Shown here: positions 39,640 to 52,289 of the stretch, piece after piece
How the letters are laid out: each line of letters begins with the position of its first letter
Position numbering within the stretch: position 1 is the first letter of the stretch
DNA from: Hydrolagus colliei
Taxonomy: Eukaryota
NCBI GenBank assembly: GCA_035084275.1
Contig: CM068746.1
Span: 2,170,001-2,234,000 of the forward strand
Length of the DNA: 64,000 nucleotides
Direction: 5' to 3'
Position numbers and translations under genes: made by a program
The notes under the pieces: generated by a model
What the model saw: only the letters and a program-made list of their open reading frames with translations
What the model was told of the DNA's origin: nothing
The model's database searches: none

Positions 39640-40385
39640 GAATCCTTGCGTTTGATATGGTGCTTATCATGCCTTCTGGATGTCTCAAAGTGCTCTACTG
39701 TACATACTCCTTTGTAAACTGACTGTATGTTTGTGGGCAGAACATGGCAGCCAATTGCACACTTCGCACAATTTACCGCAAAGTGATGTGATGTGTTCTA
39801 TGTGTATTTGGCGGGGGGATAAGACAATGAATTTGTTCGCAGCAATGTCCCACAGAGGGAGTGATAAATTATAGTTGGGGGATTGTTGGCCAGGGTCACT
39901 GAGAAAAAACCCTTTCTCTATTTGAATAGTGTCATCATTAATATGTACTCGACAGGCAGTCAGACATTGCCTCAGTTTCTTGTTCAGTCCGAAGAACATT
40001 ACCTCTGCCAGCGCATTGGAATATTAACATGGACTGTACCATTTTCAAGACCAAATTCAGGATTTGACGCCATAACTATCTGACTCGGAGGCAAAGATTA
40101 TAATAATAACGCTTGCATGTAGTCCAGCGCCTTTCGTGTCGGAAGGCTGCCTCAAGCACATTACGGGATTTTTACTGTGAAGGGCAGTGATTGTGTATTT
40201 GTGGGCGAGCGAACATGGCAGTCAATTTGTGCACAGCGATGTCTTAAAAAAAAACACGAATGAACAATTTCATATTTGGGGGATTGTTGGCCAGGTTCCT
40301 GGGAGAAACTCCTGTCGCGTTTCAAAAAGTGCCACAACCTCCTGACTCAGAGGTGGGGTTGCAAAAAAGCAACCGAGCTAGGCCG
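39640..40385 (-). mobile_element. Cluster of old DeuSINE fragments
   Basis: Repeated antisense tails ('atggcagccaattgcacac', 'atggcagtcaatttgtgcacagc') and heads ('ctgactcggaggc', 'ctgactcagagg'). Confidence 0.6.
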
Positions 40386-40504
40386 ACACGAGGGGGATCG
40401 CATAGACATTGTCATCTACGTTCCACACATGGCTCTTCCCATGTAAACTAGCGTTCAACATACAGCCAACCAATTCCTAGCCACTTTCCAGCAAGCGACC
40501 AATT

Positions 40505-40827
40505 TAACAATAATAATAATCCTTGCATTTGTTACAGCTTTCCACATCTTATCAACATCCCAAAGCGCTTCACAGAATATACTGTAAAGTGAATTGACTG
40601 TATATTTGTGGGCGAATCGTGGCAGCCAATTGCGCACAGTAGCATCCCACACACAAACAGTCGTGGATTGAAATGACCAATTTTATTATTGTGTTTTTTT
40701 TTGAGGGATTATTATTAGGCACGTGTGTGGAGTAAGGAAACTTGCCCAAGGTTTCGCCCTGACCTGCCTGGATTCGAACACAGGTCTCCCCAGCTTGCAA
40801 GACAGGTGCTCTAACCACTGAGCCACA
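40505..40827 (-). mobile_element. Young near-full-length tRNA/Deu SINE
   Basis: Reverse complement of the family at 35077. Confidence 0.93.
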
Positions 40828-42214
40828 ATTTAAGATGGGCTGGTTACGCAGTCCCTCTGACTAAACATGCAATGAGATAAGACCTGTGCGCCACCGTGAG
40901 CTTTGTCTGCCCGATGGATTTATCTGTAGTTTGGAAGTGCGAGGCTAGATTAAAAAAAACAGTGAAAGTATGACAGATCTCGCCACGGAGGCGGTGGGGG
41001 GCTCAGTGAAAGCTGAGCGGATTGCCAGTGTGGTCAAAAGCAAGCGCGCGACAGATTTTACACGTCAAAACGCTGGGGGGGTTTTTGTTCATCCAATGCT
41101 GTAAATGATTAATGATTTTGGTTGCTTAAGAAGACAATAATTTCTCCTGGCACCCGTTCAATATTTTCAGAGAATTTCCTTAATGTAATATGTACCCGGA
41201 GGTTCAGCAAACTTCAGCGGTTGCGGTACATTTAATGGGATTCCTCACTGTGAGCACACATTAATAAAGCGGACTAGGCTACAGAGCAGAACAGAACCAG
41301 AGCAGCACATCTTGTTGGCTGTAGCGCAGTCATGTTTGGGAAACACAGCTATACAGTAGACAACACACTTTGCAATATGTGATCTGAGAGAAGTGAGAAA
41401 AGATCACTCTATCATATACGACGCTATCCCGAAAGGAAGCCCTCGCTAGTGTGTTTTTACAATACGTCAGCTGAACCTTTTGCTCGTGGTTACAATGCAA
41501 CCAAACCCAAGGTGTGGGTTCATTTGATTGTGTTTAAGGTCACCTCCCCCCATCCCTCTCACCCTGATTCGAGGTCCGACTCTTGCCACCGGCAAGTGGC
41601 CCAGGAAGCCACCCTGTGTGAAGGGCGCTATATAAATGTAAATCGTTGTTTTGATCAGGTCTGAGAACCTGGCTCGTTTTAGCATTTCTCTATTTCCCTG
41701 CCTAAGATCAAACGCAGCACCGTTATCTGTTTCTACAAACTTAGATCTTCTGGTATTTTTAAGGTTCAAATTTACAAATTTAACAAATAAACTATTGATT
41801 GAGTTCCAGGCAAATATGCTCTCAGGGATTGATTTTTTTTCTACTATATTTTACAAAGTGTTTGCATTTGGCCTGGAATCTGATATCGCTCAAGCGTATA
41901 TGTGAAGCAGGTAGTGAGATCGCTCTCCTATGAATGACCAGTAGACGTTCTTTCAGCGTTTCAATTTTACAATTCAAAGCAGGTTTCACAGCATGAAATA
42001 TTTCAATTTACATCTTGATTGGTTTGTTGCTTTACAGCCTGTCAGCCAGTAATTCATATTTACTCAGGACAATTTTGAATATTCAATTACCTATTAAAGT
42101 CCTAGCTGATTGCTGTAATTACAGAGATATTTGTTCTGTTTACTTAGATTTTTTTTGTTCCTTCCATTAGCCGGGAGACTGACATATGCGGAAACAACTT
42201 AAAATGTGTGTGTT

Positions 42215-42430
42215 TGTTTTCTCCTTGACTCCCTGTCTTGCCTTTGCCCACCTCCTCTCTGTTGGTCCTTAAAAGCTTCTCCCTCCTAACAAGTCTGACG
42301 GAAGATCGTGGACCCGAACCATTGACTCACTTTCTTTTCTTCATAGATGCTGCTTGATCTGCTGAGTGTTGCCTACATCATCTGTTTTTTGTTTCAGGCT
42401 TCCAGTGTCTGCAGTATTCTGGGTTTTGGT
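42215..42430 (+). mobile_element. Penelope-like pseudo-LTR fragment, degenerate hammerhead core
   Basis: 'tctgacggaagatcgtggacccgaaccattgactc...gatgctgcttgatctgctgagtg...tctgcagtatt', homologous to 4852-4993. Confidence 0.65.
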
Positions 42431-44428
42431 TCCTAGTCTAAAGTGATGTGAGTGTTGAAATGTTTTGGGTGATGTGGATTTCAAGCTGGGAGTATGTATG
42501 GTGTTATCATACCTTCAGCCATATACGCAGCTTCTGTAATAAACTCCATATTTTAATTATTTTTTGTTTGAACTCAAGAATTTGACAAAACAGATCAGTG
42601 TTTGACCTTGACAAGTGAATTACGTCAGCAATTAATTAAGCCCCTCATACAACCCTGCTATATGACAAATTGCGATAGTAGGGTTTATTTTGCTGATTGC
42701 TACAAGAGGGAAAGAATCAGAGCCTTCAAATATTACACAGAACAAGCTATGTTCTTCAACCTACACAAATAAAATCAGACACCTGTTGACACAACAGCTG
42801 GATTTCAACATAGAAAACAGTCTCAAAGGAAATTCTCCCAGTGCAAAGGAGATGAATATTTAAAATGCTTCAAACATTAAGCTCTGTCAAAGTCTCTTTT
42901 TTTTAAACAAGTAAAAATATCAAATTAAAATGAATTTAAAGTCATAGTCTCACACCTAGAGTTCCACCTCTGTCTGAAATCAGACTACCAAGCAAATGTC
43001 AAGAGTCAGGAGCTTATCACTGAATCTGTTTTGATCATTTGTCACAGGAATATTGTCAAGATATTGAGAGCGGATTTGCAGTGTTTCTAAAAAGCATTAC
43101 AATCTGAAATGACCAAGTTACTGTATATATATTGTATGTTGTATTTATAGACGGCAATTTTCTAACTCCTCTGTCACTTTAGCAATTCACCTACAAATTC
43201 TGTATCAATTATACATTTTATCTTTGGTCAGCAAATGAGAAATTATTTCCAGAGTGACAGATTTAAACAATACACCTCTTTTATAGAGGAGAGAAGGCCT
43301 GTAATAACATAATGGATGATATAATATATGAAATAGATTAGCTTTTGTTCCACATTATCGTTTTCTGATTATGAATCCCCCCAAAATTGGTCATTTAATT
43401 TTACAATCAATTAAAAAAAATACAATTGTTATATAACACATACAATATATAATTTCACAAATATACAGTCAATTTTCCTACTCTTCTTCATCCTGCCCTG
43501 ACGCCTCTACCTCCTGCTCTTGTCCCTACCTAACTATACAGCGCCTTGGGATGTCCTGCTGACATGAATGGCGCTTTAAGTTTTGATTGATTTTTTTATT
43601 CACTTAATGGCTGTTTGTGGGACTTTGCAGAACACAAATTGCCTACCAAATCGCTTAAAGAGTACACAGTCACTATACTTTACAGTACAATTTACAGTAA
43701 AATCTGTCTGAAGCCATTGATATATTTACGGTCTGAAAGCACTGTACAAGATTTTACTTATAACTATATTTGTTTGATATCCGATTAGTTGTATAGTTAA
43801 AGTGACAAAATTTTGCATTACCTTTTCAACAGAGCTTAACAGTTTCTTATGAACAGTTAAGTTGGATCAGCTCATATAAATCGGGGAGCCATGCATTGCT
43901 TGTGGCTTGAATGCAGAATCAAGAGTGATTGGTCCCTGAGATTTTTAAAAGGAAATTTTATTTACCTTTTTTTATAAATTGGAAGTTGCTAACAGGGTTA
44001 ACAGGGACTCGGTTTGCCATTAAAGTGTGTAATTTAAGTTTAAATGTTGATTCAAATTTTTATTTTGAAGAGCTCTGAGACGCAGTCCGGCGTGGAGGGT
44101 GCTATATAAATCAAAGTTGTTGTTGTTGTCGATTTGTTGTTATAATTTGCTGACAGATTTGCTTTTCAGAATGTTTTCTGACCAAGTTGAGGCTATAAAA
44201 CAGCGCAATTGTTTGACATCGATCACTCATTTGCTTTTGGATTCTTTCACACTTCGCAAAATAATAATAATTATAAGAGTCCTTGCATTTGAAGTAGCGC
44301 ATTCCGCATCAGGAGAAAAAATCTTAAGGCCTTTTGGGGATTTACTGTCAGTAAAGTGAATATTCTACGAGTAAACGCCACAGGCTATTTGTGCAACGTT
44401 CCCCACAAACAATTCTATCTGGAGATTT

Positions 44429-44765
44429 GTGGAGCTCCTGTGGCTCAATGGTTAGAGCCCTTGTCTTGCAAGCTGGGGAGACCAAGCTGGGGAGACCTGT
44501 GTTCGAATCCAGACAAGTCAGGGCGAAATCTTGGGCAAGTTTCCTTACTCCATATGCCCAATAAAAATCCCTCCAAAAAAACCACAATAATAAAATTGGT
44601 CATTTCAATCCACTGTGTGTGGGGGGAACGCTGCTGTGCACAATTGGCTGCTGCGATTCGCCCACAAATATACAGTCAATTCACTTTACAGTATATTCTG
44701 TGAAGCGCTTTGGGACATAAGATGTGGAAAGCGCTATATCAAATGCAAGGATTATTATTATTATT
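44429..44765 (+). mobile_element. Young full-length tRNA/Deu SINE nested in an older antisense SINE
   Basis: Same structure and same 14-nt duplication as 35077; older minus-strand SINE pieces at about 44260-44420 and 44770-44990. Confidence 0.93.
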
Positions 44766-45031
44766 CCTAGCAACAGTAATTGGAGAAAACTCCCTCGGCT
44801 TTTCAAACAGTATAATGGGATCTTTAATCTTTATCTGAACAAGCGGACATTTTCATTTGATGTATGACACCTCCATCAACACACCACGCGCCCAAAACTA
44901 CATCGAACTATCAGGCGAGTTGATATGAATTCAAAGTCTCGATGTGATGCTGTGTCTCAGATTTGTGAGTGCAACCAGTTGAACTACCATCACCTAACTG
45001 TTGGGTATGATTCCACTTGAATTTACTCTAT

Positions 45032-45385
45032 TAACATAACAACAACAAAATCATATTTGAAAAGTGCCTTTCAAGTCGGGAGGACGTCTCAAGGCGCTGT
45101 TTCGGACCAGAGCTGGGAGTCGGGATTGGGGAGGGGAGAGGGCAGAGAAGCGTCTGCGGATCGATCTTGAAGGAGGTAAGGAAGGGGACGAGGTGGAGGG
45201 GTCTGTGGGATGGATTGCAAATGGTGCTGCAAAATGATAGGATGGACGAGGTCGGGGGACTTGAAACCGTCCGGAGCCCGGTGAACCTAAAGGATTGGGG
45301 CAGGTTGGTAGGGGCTTAGTAGGTTGCAGAGGTAATGGGGAGAAAGGCCTTAGAGGGCTTTGAAGGTGAGGATCAGGATCTTGAG
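45032..45385 (-). mobile_element. Older L2 LINE, 3' part
   Basis: Antisense L2 tail plus FKILILTF-coding 'tcaagatcctgatcctcaccttca'. Confidence 0.8.
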
Positions 45386-45395
45386 GATCAGAAGG

Positions 45396-46260
45396 TGAGG
45401 CCCTCCTGATTGGCTCAAGCCAGCGCCTCCGCACATCGGGCGCTGCCAGCCTCAACATCCCAGGCTGTACTCTCCACCTCACAAAGCCAGTCAGGAACCT
45501 CGGCATCACGTTCGATCAAAAACTTTCCTTCCTCCCCCACCATCTGCGCTTTGACCGGCACCACTTATTTCCACCTGCGCAACATTGCCAGGCTCCGCAA
45601 CTATCTTACCCCCCGCGCTGCCGAAACACTCGTGCACGCGTACATCACCTCACGGCTGGACTACGGAAATTCTCTCCTCGTCGGCCTCCCCAGTTCCTCC
45701 ATTCACAGGCTGCAGGTCATCCAAAACTCTGCAGCCCGTGTACTATCCCGCACCCGCCTCCGCGACCACATAACCCCCACCCTCGCCCGTCTCCACTGGC
45801 TCCCCATCCTCCAGAGGATCGAGTTCAAGATCCTCGTCCTCACCTACAAGGCCTTACACGGCCTTGTCCCATCCTACCTAACCGATCTACTCTCCCCCTA
45901 CACGCCCACCCGGACCCTCCGTTCAACAGGACTTGGCCTGCTCCAAGCCCCCCGCCCGAACCGCCCCACCATCGGAGGCCGGGCCTTCAGTTTCTCCGCT
46001 CCCACCCTATGGAATGCCATCCCTCAATCCCTCCGTTTCGTCTCTTCCCTTTCCTCTTTCAAGGTCGGTTTGAAGACTTTCCTCTTCGATCGTGCCTTCT
46101 GTTCCACCCCGAACTCTTTTACCTCCCCTTCGTGTTTTACCCCTTCCCAAACACTCCCCTCCCAGCTCGGGTCACACGCCTCCTGTGCAGCGCCTTGGGA
46201 CGTCCTCCCGACGTGAAAGGTGCTCTATAAATGTAATTTGTTGTTGTTGTTGTTGTTGTG
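45396..46260 (+). mobile_element. Young L2 LINE, 5'-truncated ORF2 C-terminus with (TTG)n tail
   Basis: Translation YFHLRNIARLR..LVHAYITSRLDYGNSLL..IQNSAAR..HITPTL..LHWLP..RIEFKIL..WNAIP; frameshift near 45540. Confidence 0.95.
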
Positions 46261-46261
46261 T

Positions 46262-46630
46262 GTGCTGGGAAGCCAATGGAGTTGGAAGTGGATGGGGGGG
46301 GGGGGTGGTCATGGAGCCTTGTGCGGGAAGGGATATGAGTTGCAGAGATCTGGATGATCTGGAGTTTATGGAGGGAGGAGTTGGGGAGACTGACCTGTTT
46401 GCTGGGAGTTCCTGGGTTGGCATGGATGTAGGGTAGAAAAGATAGTTGAGGGTCAAACAAGACGCCACAGTTCCGGACTGGCTTGGTAAGGTGGAGCGTG
46501 CGTCCATGGGTGGTGAGGCTGGTGAGGTGTGGGGGCACTGACGTGAACCAATCAGAAAGGCCCTCGGTCTTGTTGATGTTCAACCCAAAAAAAGTTTAGC
46601 TCCCCCCCCAGGACTTGATGCCTGACAGAC
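46262..46630 (-). mobile_element. Older L2 LINE, upstream continuation of 45032-45385
   Basis: ORF 46137-46583(-) contains LNINKTEGL..VRNCGVLFDPQLSF..LHKLQIIQ; colinear with the piece at 45032. Confidence 0.8.
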
Positions 46631-47244
46631 ATTCTGTCAATTCACAGTGTGCAGAATGTAACAAACTGTTGAATTCATTTTCAACTTGGAAGCCGGTTTT
46701 CTATGTTTAAAAAGAAACATACGGAAATCCAGCCTTCAAAACTACAGACTGCATTAAAAAACCTTTTTTTTACAAATTTTGGCCACTTCTATCATAATAC
46801 TTTAATAGAGAAAACCAAGATCCAGGTAGAATTTGTACGTCAGATTTCAAGTGAAGAATCTGAGTCATGCAAATAGGAATTCCTGTGTGTATTAAAGTGA
46901 CCTACTGACCTCTACTCTAACACAATCTAGCAAAAAATGTGTATTTCAGACATAATTAATAATAATCCTCGCATTTGATATTGCACCTTATCACATCATT
47001 GAGACCTCACAAAACGCTTCACGGAATATACTGTATTCAAACAGAAACGCATGCCCTATGCAGGTACAAATGAGAATCACACCAAAGGAAAAATATTGCT
47101 GGCCATATTTCTGATTTATTAATGGTTGTGATGGGGGTGGCGGGGAAATAGAGTCTATAAAAAAGGTTAACAGACAATGATCAGAACAAGAAGAACATTG
47201 GAGAACAAAAGTGTGGCTTTTCAACGAAGTAATGTGGAATGGAA

Positions 47245-47289
47245 ATCAGAGAATTTTACACCAGAGGAGCTGGTGTAAAATTCTCTGAT
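47245..47289. repeat. Perfect 20-bp hairpin with 5-nt loop
   Basis: atcagagaattttacaccag-aggag-ctggtgtaaaattctctgat. Confidence 0.95.
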
Positions 47290-48269
47290 ACAGTACAGGT
47301 ATTATGTTGATATTAGGATGTTTTGATAAGCAGCTTTAACGAGTGAATCTACAGTACGCATTAGTGACTTGAAGAACACAGAAATATTGTAATATCGTTC
47401 CTTGTTTGACATCGATAACACAAAAGTCCTTTGATTCAGAATAATTGATGCCCAAAAATTTATATCTTAATTGTCTTGTTTCAACGTGAGGTCAAAAAAC
47501 TCTTGCCATTTCAAATCCGAGCAACTCAATTGAACTATTTGCAAAATGTTCAAAAGTTATTTAACCAAGAGTATTTCAGTTCTCTGCTGATGTATGCCTT
47601 TTTTTTATATTTGTATAATCTCTGCTTATCAGAAAAGACAGATTCTAACATAGCAACATTATTAAGTTACAACACGCTTTCTTTCAAATTCAATATCAAT
47701 GTAATAGACATGAAATGCTTTGCTTGCTGTCCTCAGAACATCAGTAAATTAAATACTCACAGCAGTTTGATGCCTGTATTTAGGGTTGAAGCTAAATTTG
47801 CTAAATTAATGGGCTCTAACATGTAGATTGGACTAAAAACCCATGGATCAAGGCTGATCATATTCAACACCTGAATTATGAGATTAACCAATCAAAAGGT
47901 TAACAGAATCACCTCTAATCGGGTTCATTAGGCTATCAGTCCATCCCACATTTTATAGCACAATAGGGACTGTTACGTCCCAATTGAGTGGTTTAACTCC
48001 ATCATGAGAAGATGTCAGGAATCCAAATGTACCATTTGAATATTTGGCTAACGCAGCCTCAATCCTGATTTCATGTGTATTGTCATGGATCGAAGGTGCA
48101 TTAGTATTGTCGGACACCTTTATTAATATGCATGAAATAGGAAACCTGTGAAATGGCTCCGCTAATTGTTTCCTGATTACAAATGACTAAATGTTAAACA
48201 TGAACGGATTCAATACACCATACATATAGGCATTAAAATTCTCTGCCGGCGTCGGTGATATAATATTGT

Positions 48270-48580
48270 TGAGGTGATGTAGAAGTTTTTGAGTTTAATT
48301 ATCATCGACTTATTCTTTCAGCGGCTATTCAGCACCAAGTTGCTCTAGTTTGAATAATGTGACCCTTGGTGTTAATTAAGTGTGTATCATTATCATTTAA
48401 CCGTACTAATTACAGCAGATTAGTTCCTCAGGAAAAAAAAGTGTGAGGCGGATTTTAATGCCCAAGGGGAGGTCTATTCCCTCATCACCAGCTGTCAGAA
48501 GGGTTTCAAGCCTGTTCAGAAAGGTGACGTCTTAAACCCTGACAGAGATGACATTTATAAATCACTTGGTTCACAAAACA
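48270..48580. promoter_or_regulatory. Candidate conserved non-coding element (enhancer-like)
   Basis: Repeat-free; clustered TAAT/TTAATTAA, TGACAG/CTGTCA and CAGCTG motifs. Conservation not tested. Confidence 0.35.
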
Positions 48581-50149
48581 TCTACATAAGACTTTGACAT
48601 TTATAAAGACAACAAAGTCAAATTTGTGGCATTTTATATTCATAACATGGGTCTATGTTTGTGCAACTGTTGACAAGCAGTTTATTCCTGTAATTCATTG
48701 CTATGAATTCAGTGTAATTCAGTGCCCCTGTTTCCTTGAAATCTTTTCTTTAAATCATATTGATTTATTCTGTAAAGCATTCATCTTTGCGGCTTTATGA
48801 ATGGATATGTTTGTTTAGCATGAGTTCATTAATCTTGTGACTGTTTCACCACCCAGCTCTCTAAACAAACTTTTCATATCACCAATAATTTCCTTCAACT
48901 TTATTCAAAAATGTTATTATATTACAGTAATTTGAAACATTGGACCAGTATTTCCCTCACTTGCCTTTTATTGTTTCCCAACTGATAAAAATGTGGGATT
49001 TAAATTCCGCTAATTCTTTATGGGAATACCTGAAACGCGTCGCTGTTTTGAATTTGTGAAAGAATCTATGGGGAGCTTTGAACACGGAGAATTTGCACTG
49101 ATAGAGGTGCACGGGATTCTAGGTTCTAAAACCCTCTATTAACCACGTTAAACTGCAATTCAGAAACTAAACCCAGGGCAATACCAAGGCAACACAGCAA
49201 TCGGTTTGGTGCTTCAAAGGGCATTTTCACGACAGACAACAGAAATTATATCTTTACACAACATGGTGGAGAAAGGAATAGAGGGGAATAAGGAGGTGTG
49301 AAAACTCATATCAAGTACAAATACCGGCTGATTAGTTGGCTTTTTTTTTGTGATGTATCACCCTGTTTATCTCTGTGAAACGAGAGTCAGGTGGGTATTC
49401 TAAAAGTAGCCCATTTGAAAAACAATTCCTTCTCATCCTCTCGTGATGTGTTGCGATGGAGACATACCGGTACAAATCATTGATCCCTTTTGTTTCCTGC
49501 GTCTGCCTGCAGCAGCGCTGATAATGGCCGTGACCTTATTAGAGATCGAATCCTTACTATCAAAAAGTTAATTTATTTGATAATAAAGCTTAACTTGCCA
49601 ATAGAGGGTTTTAGAATCAGATTCAACGATTAGCGCGCAATGTAAAATATTTACTGCCTTTGATTATCGAAAAATGTTTTCACAGTGATAAAATTAAGCA
49701 ACTAAATCATACCATGTGCCACCCCTCAGATTAATATGTTCTGTACAATGACAGTTCTGTATTTAAAAAAATGTCATGAAAGTCTTCTAGTTTCCAATTG
49801 CTTATTGGAAACTTGGTACTTCAGCCCACTGGTAGAACAAGAAAATTGGAATGGATTCACAAACCCCAGTCAGGTTTATGAATGGGACAGTGTCGATAGT
49901 GAGCACTCTTGATGCTAACTAGCATCTGTTGCTATAATTTATAATGCCTATCAGGTATTAAAATTTAATCTAATGCGTTTGTACTTTTACAATCAATCAA
50001 CAATGTCAGCAATTTGCAAGCCGTTTATTGTTAAAATCACCTAGTTCTTGACAAATCAGTAAATTGCGCTCCAATTACATCAACATGCATTGGTTCAAGT
50101 TTCTGGAGAGAAGCTAGGGGGGCAGCAATGCCTCCACTCCTCCACGACC

Positions 50150-50400
50150 CCCACCCCTCTGACCTCCTGTTTCCTCACAGCAGTACCTGTTGCCTTCGCT
50201 CCATCGGGTCTGGCCTCCTCCTTGTCTCGCGAATCCTCCGCTCCACCCTCGGTGGCCGTGCCTTTAGCCACTACGCCCCGAGGCTCTGGAACTCCCTCCC
50301 TCACTCCCTTCGCCTCGCCCCCTCCTTTCCTGTGTTCAGCTCTCGGCTGAGACGCCGTCCGGCATAGAGGGCGCTATATAAATCCAAGTTGTTGTTGTTA
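50150..50400 (+). mobile_element. L2 LINE 3' fragment (second subfamily)
   Basis: Encodes LRSTLGGRAFSHYAPRLWNSLP; tail 'gagacgccgtccggcatagagggcgctatataaa' plus (TTG)n. Confidence 0.85.
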
Positions 50401-51029
50401 TACAACACTTTGTATAGCCCTCTTTTACCTATACAACAAAAACAACATGAATTTATATAGCATGTTTAACATAACCAAATGCCAGGCATTTGACAGATCA
50501 GATGTGATAGTAGACACCAAACCGTGAAATAAAGTATGAATCGTGGGGTGAAAGCATGGAGGATTTTGAAGTCTAGGTCAAAGATCTTTCAAAATCAATC
50601 CCCAGCAACATGGGAATCAACGGAGCTTAGCAAGGATAGGGTGATGATTACACGGAACATAGTTTAAGAAAGAATTCAGAATTTACTTCATGTTTCTGGA
50701 GAGAAGCGAAGAAACCATTGGAAAAAAAAATCTATCCTTGACATATCATTAATTTCATAAATGCTCTGCCCATACTTCTTTTGGCTTCAGAGGTTGAGAA
50801 ATATATGCATTTACAAAACTAAATAAGATATTTCAATCATATTCCCAACAGTAGATGCATGGGGTTTCCTTCATCTATAAGATTTACCAGAAAAACTGGA
50901 AATATAGTTGTCTTTGTACTATCAGAGATCAGACACAGGCATCCTTTATAGATTTATTATAGGTTTATTAACTAGGGCAGTTCTGTAAAGAGGCTCATTA
51001 CTGGACAAGTGGGAATAATACGCGCGGCT

Positions 51030-52289
51030 TTAAACTGATACAGAATAATTATAACCAGAGAGGAAGTTCTAAAAAGGTTGACGTTGCTCAAGGTGGATAA
51101 GTCACCTGGTCCGGATGGGATGCACCCTAGGTTACTAAGTGAGGCACGGGAGCAAATAGCAGGGACTCTGGCCACGATCTTTCAATCTTCCTTGGACACA
51201 GGGGTCGTGCCAGAGGACTGGAGGATAGCTAATGTTACTCCCTTGTATAAAAAGGGGCAGAAGGACAAGCCTGGTAACTACAGACCAGTCAGTCTAACGT
51301 CGGTAGTGGGCAAACTTCTAGAGTCCATAATCAGGGACAAGGTAAATCTTCACTTAGAAAGATATAGGCTAATAAAGGACAGTCAACATGGATTTGTTAA
51401 AGGCAAATCTTGCCTTACAAATCTGATAGAATTTTTTGATGAGGTAACGGAATGGGTGGATAATGGTAGCGCAGTTGATGTAGTTTACATGGACTTTCAA
51501 AAGGCATTTGCAAAGTGCCACATGAGAGACTTATTATGAAATTAAAGGCCCATGGCGTAAAAGGGACAGTGGCAGCGTGGATCCACAACTGGCTGCGAGA
51601 CAGAAAGCAGAGAGTTGTAGTGAGCGGCTGTTTTTCAGATTGGAGGGAAGTGAGCAGTGGTGTGCCACAGGGATCGGTTTGGGGACCATTGCTGTTTGTA
51701 ATCTACATCAATGATCTGGACTTGGGTGTAGGGAGTACAGTTTCCAAGTTTGCAGATGACACTAAGTTAGGGAGAATAGTAAATAGTGAGGAGGATAGTA
51801 GCCATCTGCAAGAGGATATAGACAAATTGGTAAAGTGGGCAGACACATGGCAGATGAAGTTTAATGCAGAGAAGTGTGAGGTGATGCATTTTGGGAGAAG
51901 AAATGAAGGGAGTACAATGTTAAATGGTGTGAAGGAACAGAGAGACCTGGGGATTTGTGTTAGTGACTCGTTGAAGGTGGCAGGACAGGTAGACAAGGCT
52001 GTTAATAAGGCATATGGGATACTAGGCTTTATAAATAGGGGTATAGAGTACAAAAGTCAGGAAGTGCTGACTAACCTCTATAAGACTTTGGTGAGGCCTC
52101 AGCTGGAATACTGTGTTCAATTCTGGTCACCACATTACAGAAAGGATGTGAAGACATTGGAAAGGGTACAAAGAAGATTTACTAGGATGGTGCCAGGATT
52201 GAGGGACTTCAGCTATGAGGAGAGGCTAGATAGGCTAGGGTTATTCTCTCTGGAGCAGAGAAGATTGAGGGGAGACCTAATAGAGGTCT
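51030..52289 (+). mobile_element. CR1 LINE ORF2 reverse transcriptase domain, 5'-truncated, frameshifted
   Basis: Motifs KSPGPDG, NYRPVSLTS, QHGF, DFQKAF, GVPQGS, FADD, LEYCVQFWSP; 1-bp deletion near 51508 splits the ORF. Confidence 0.97.
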
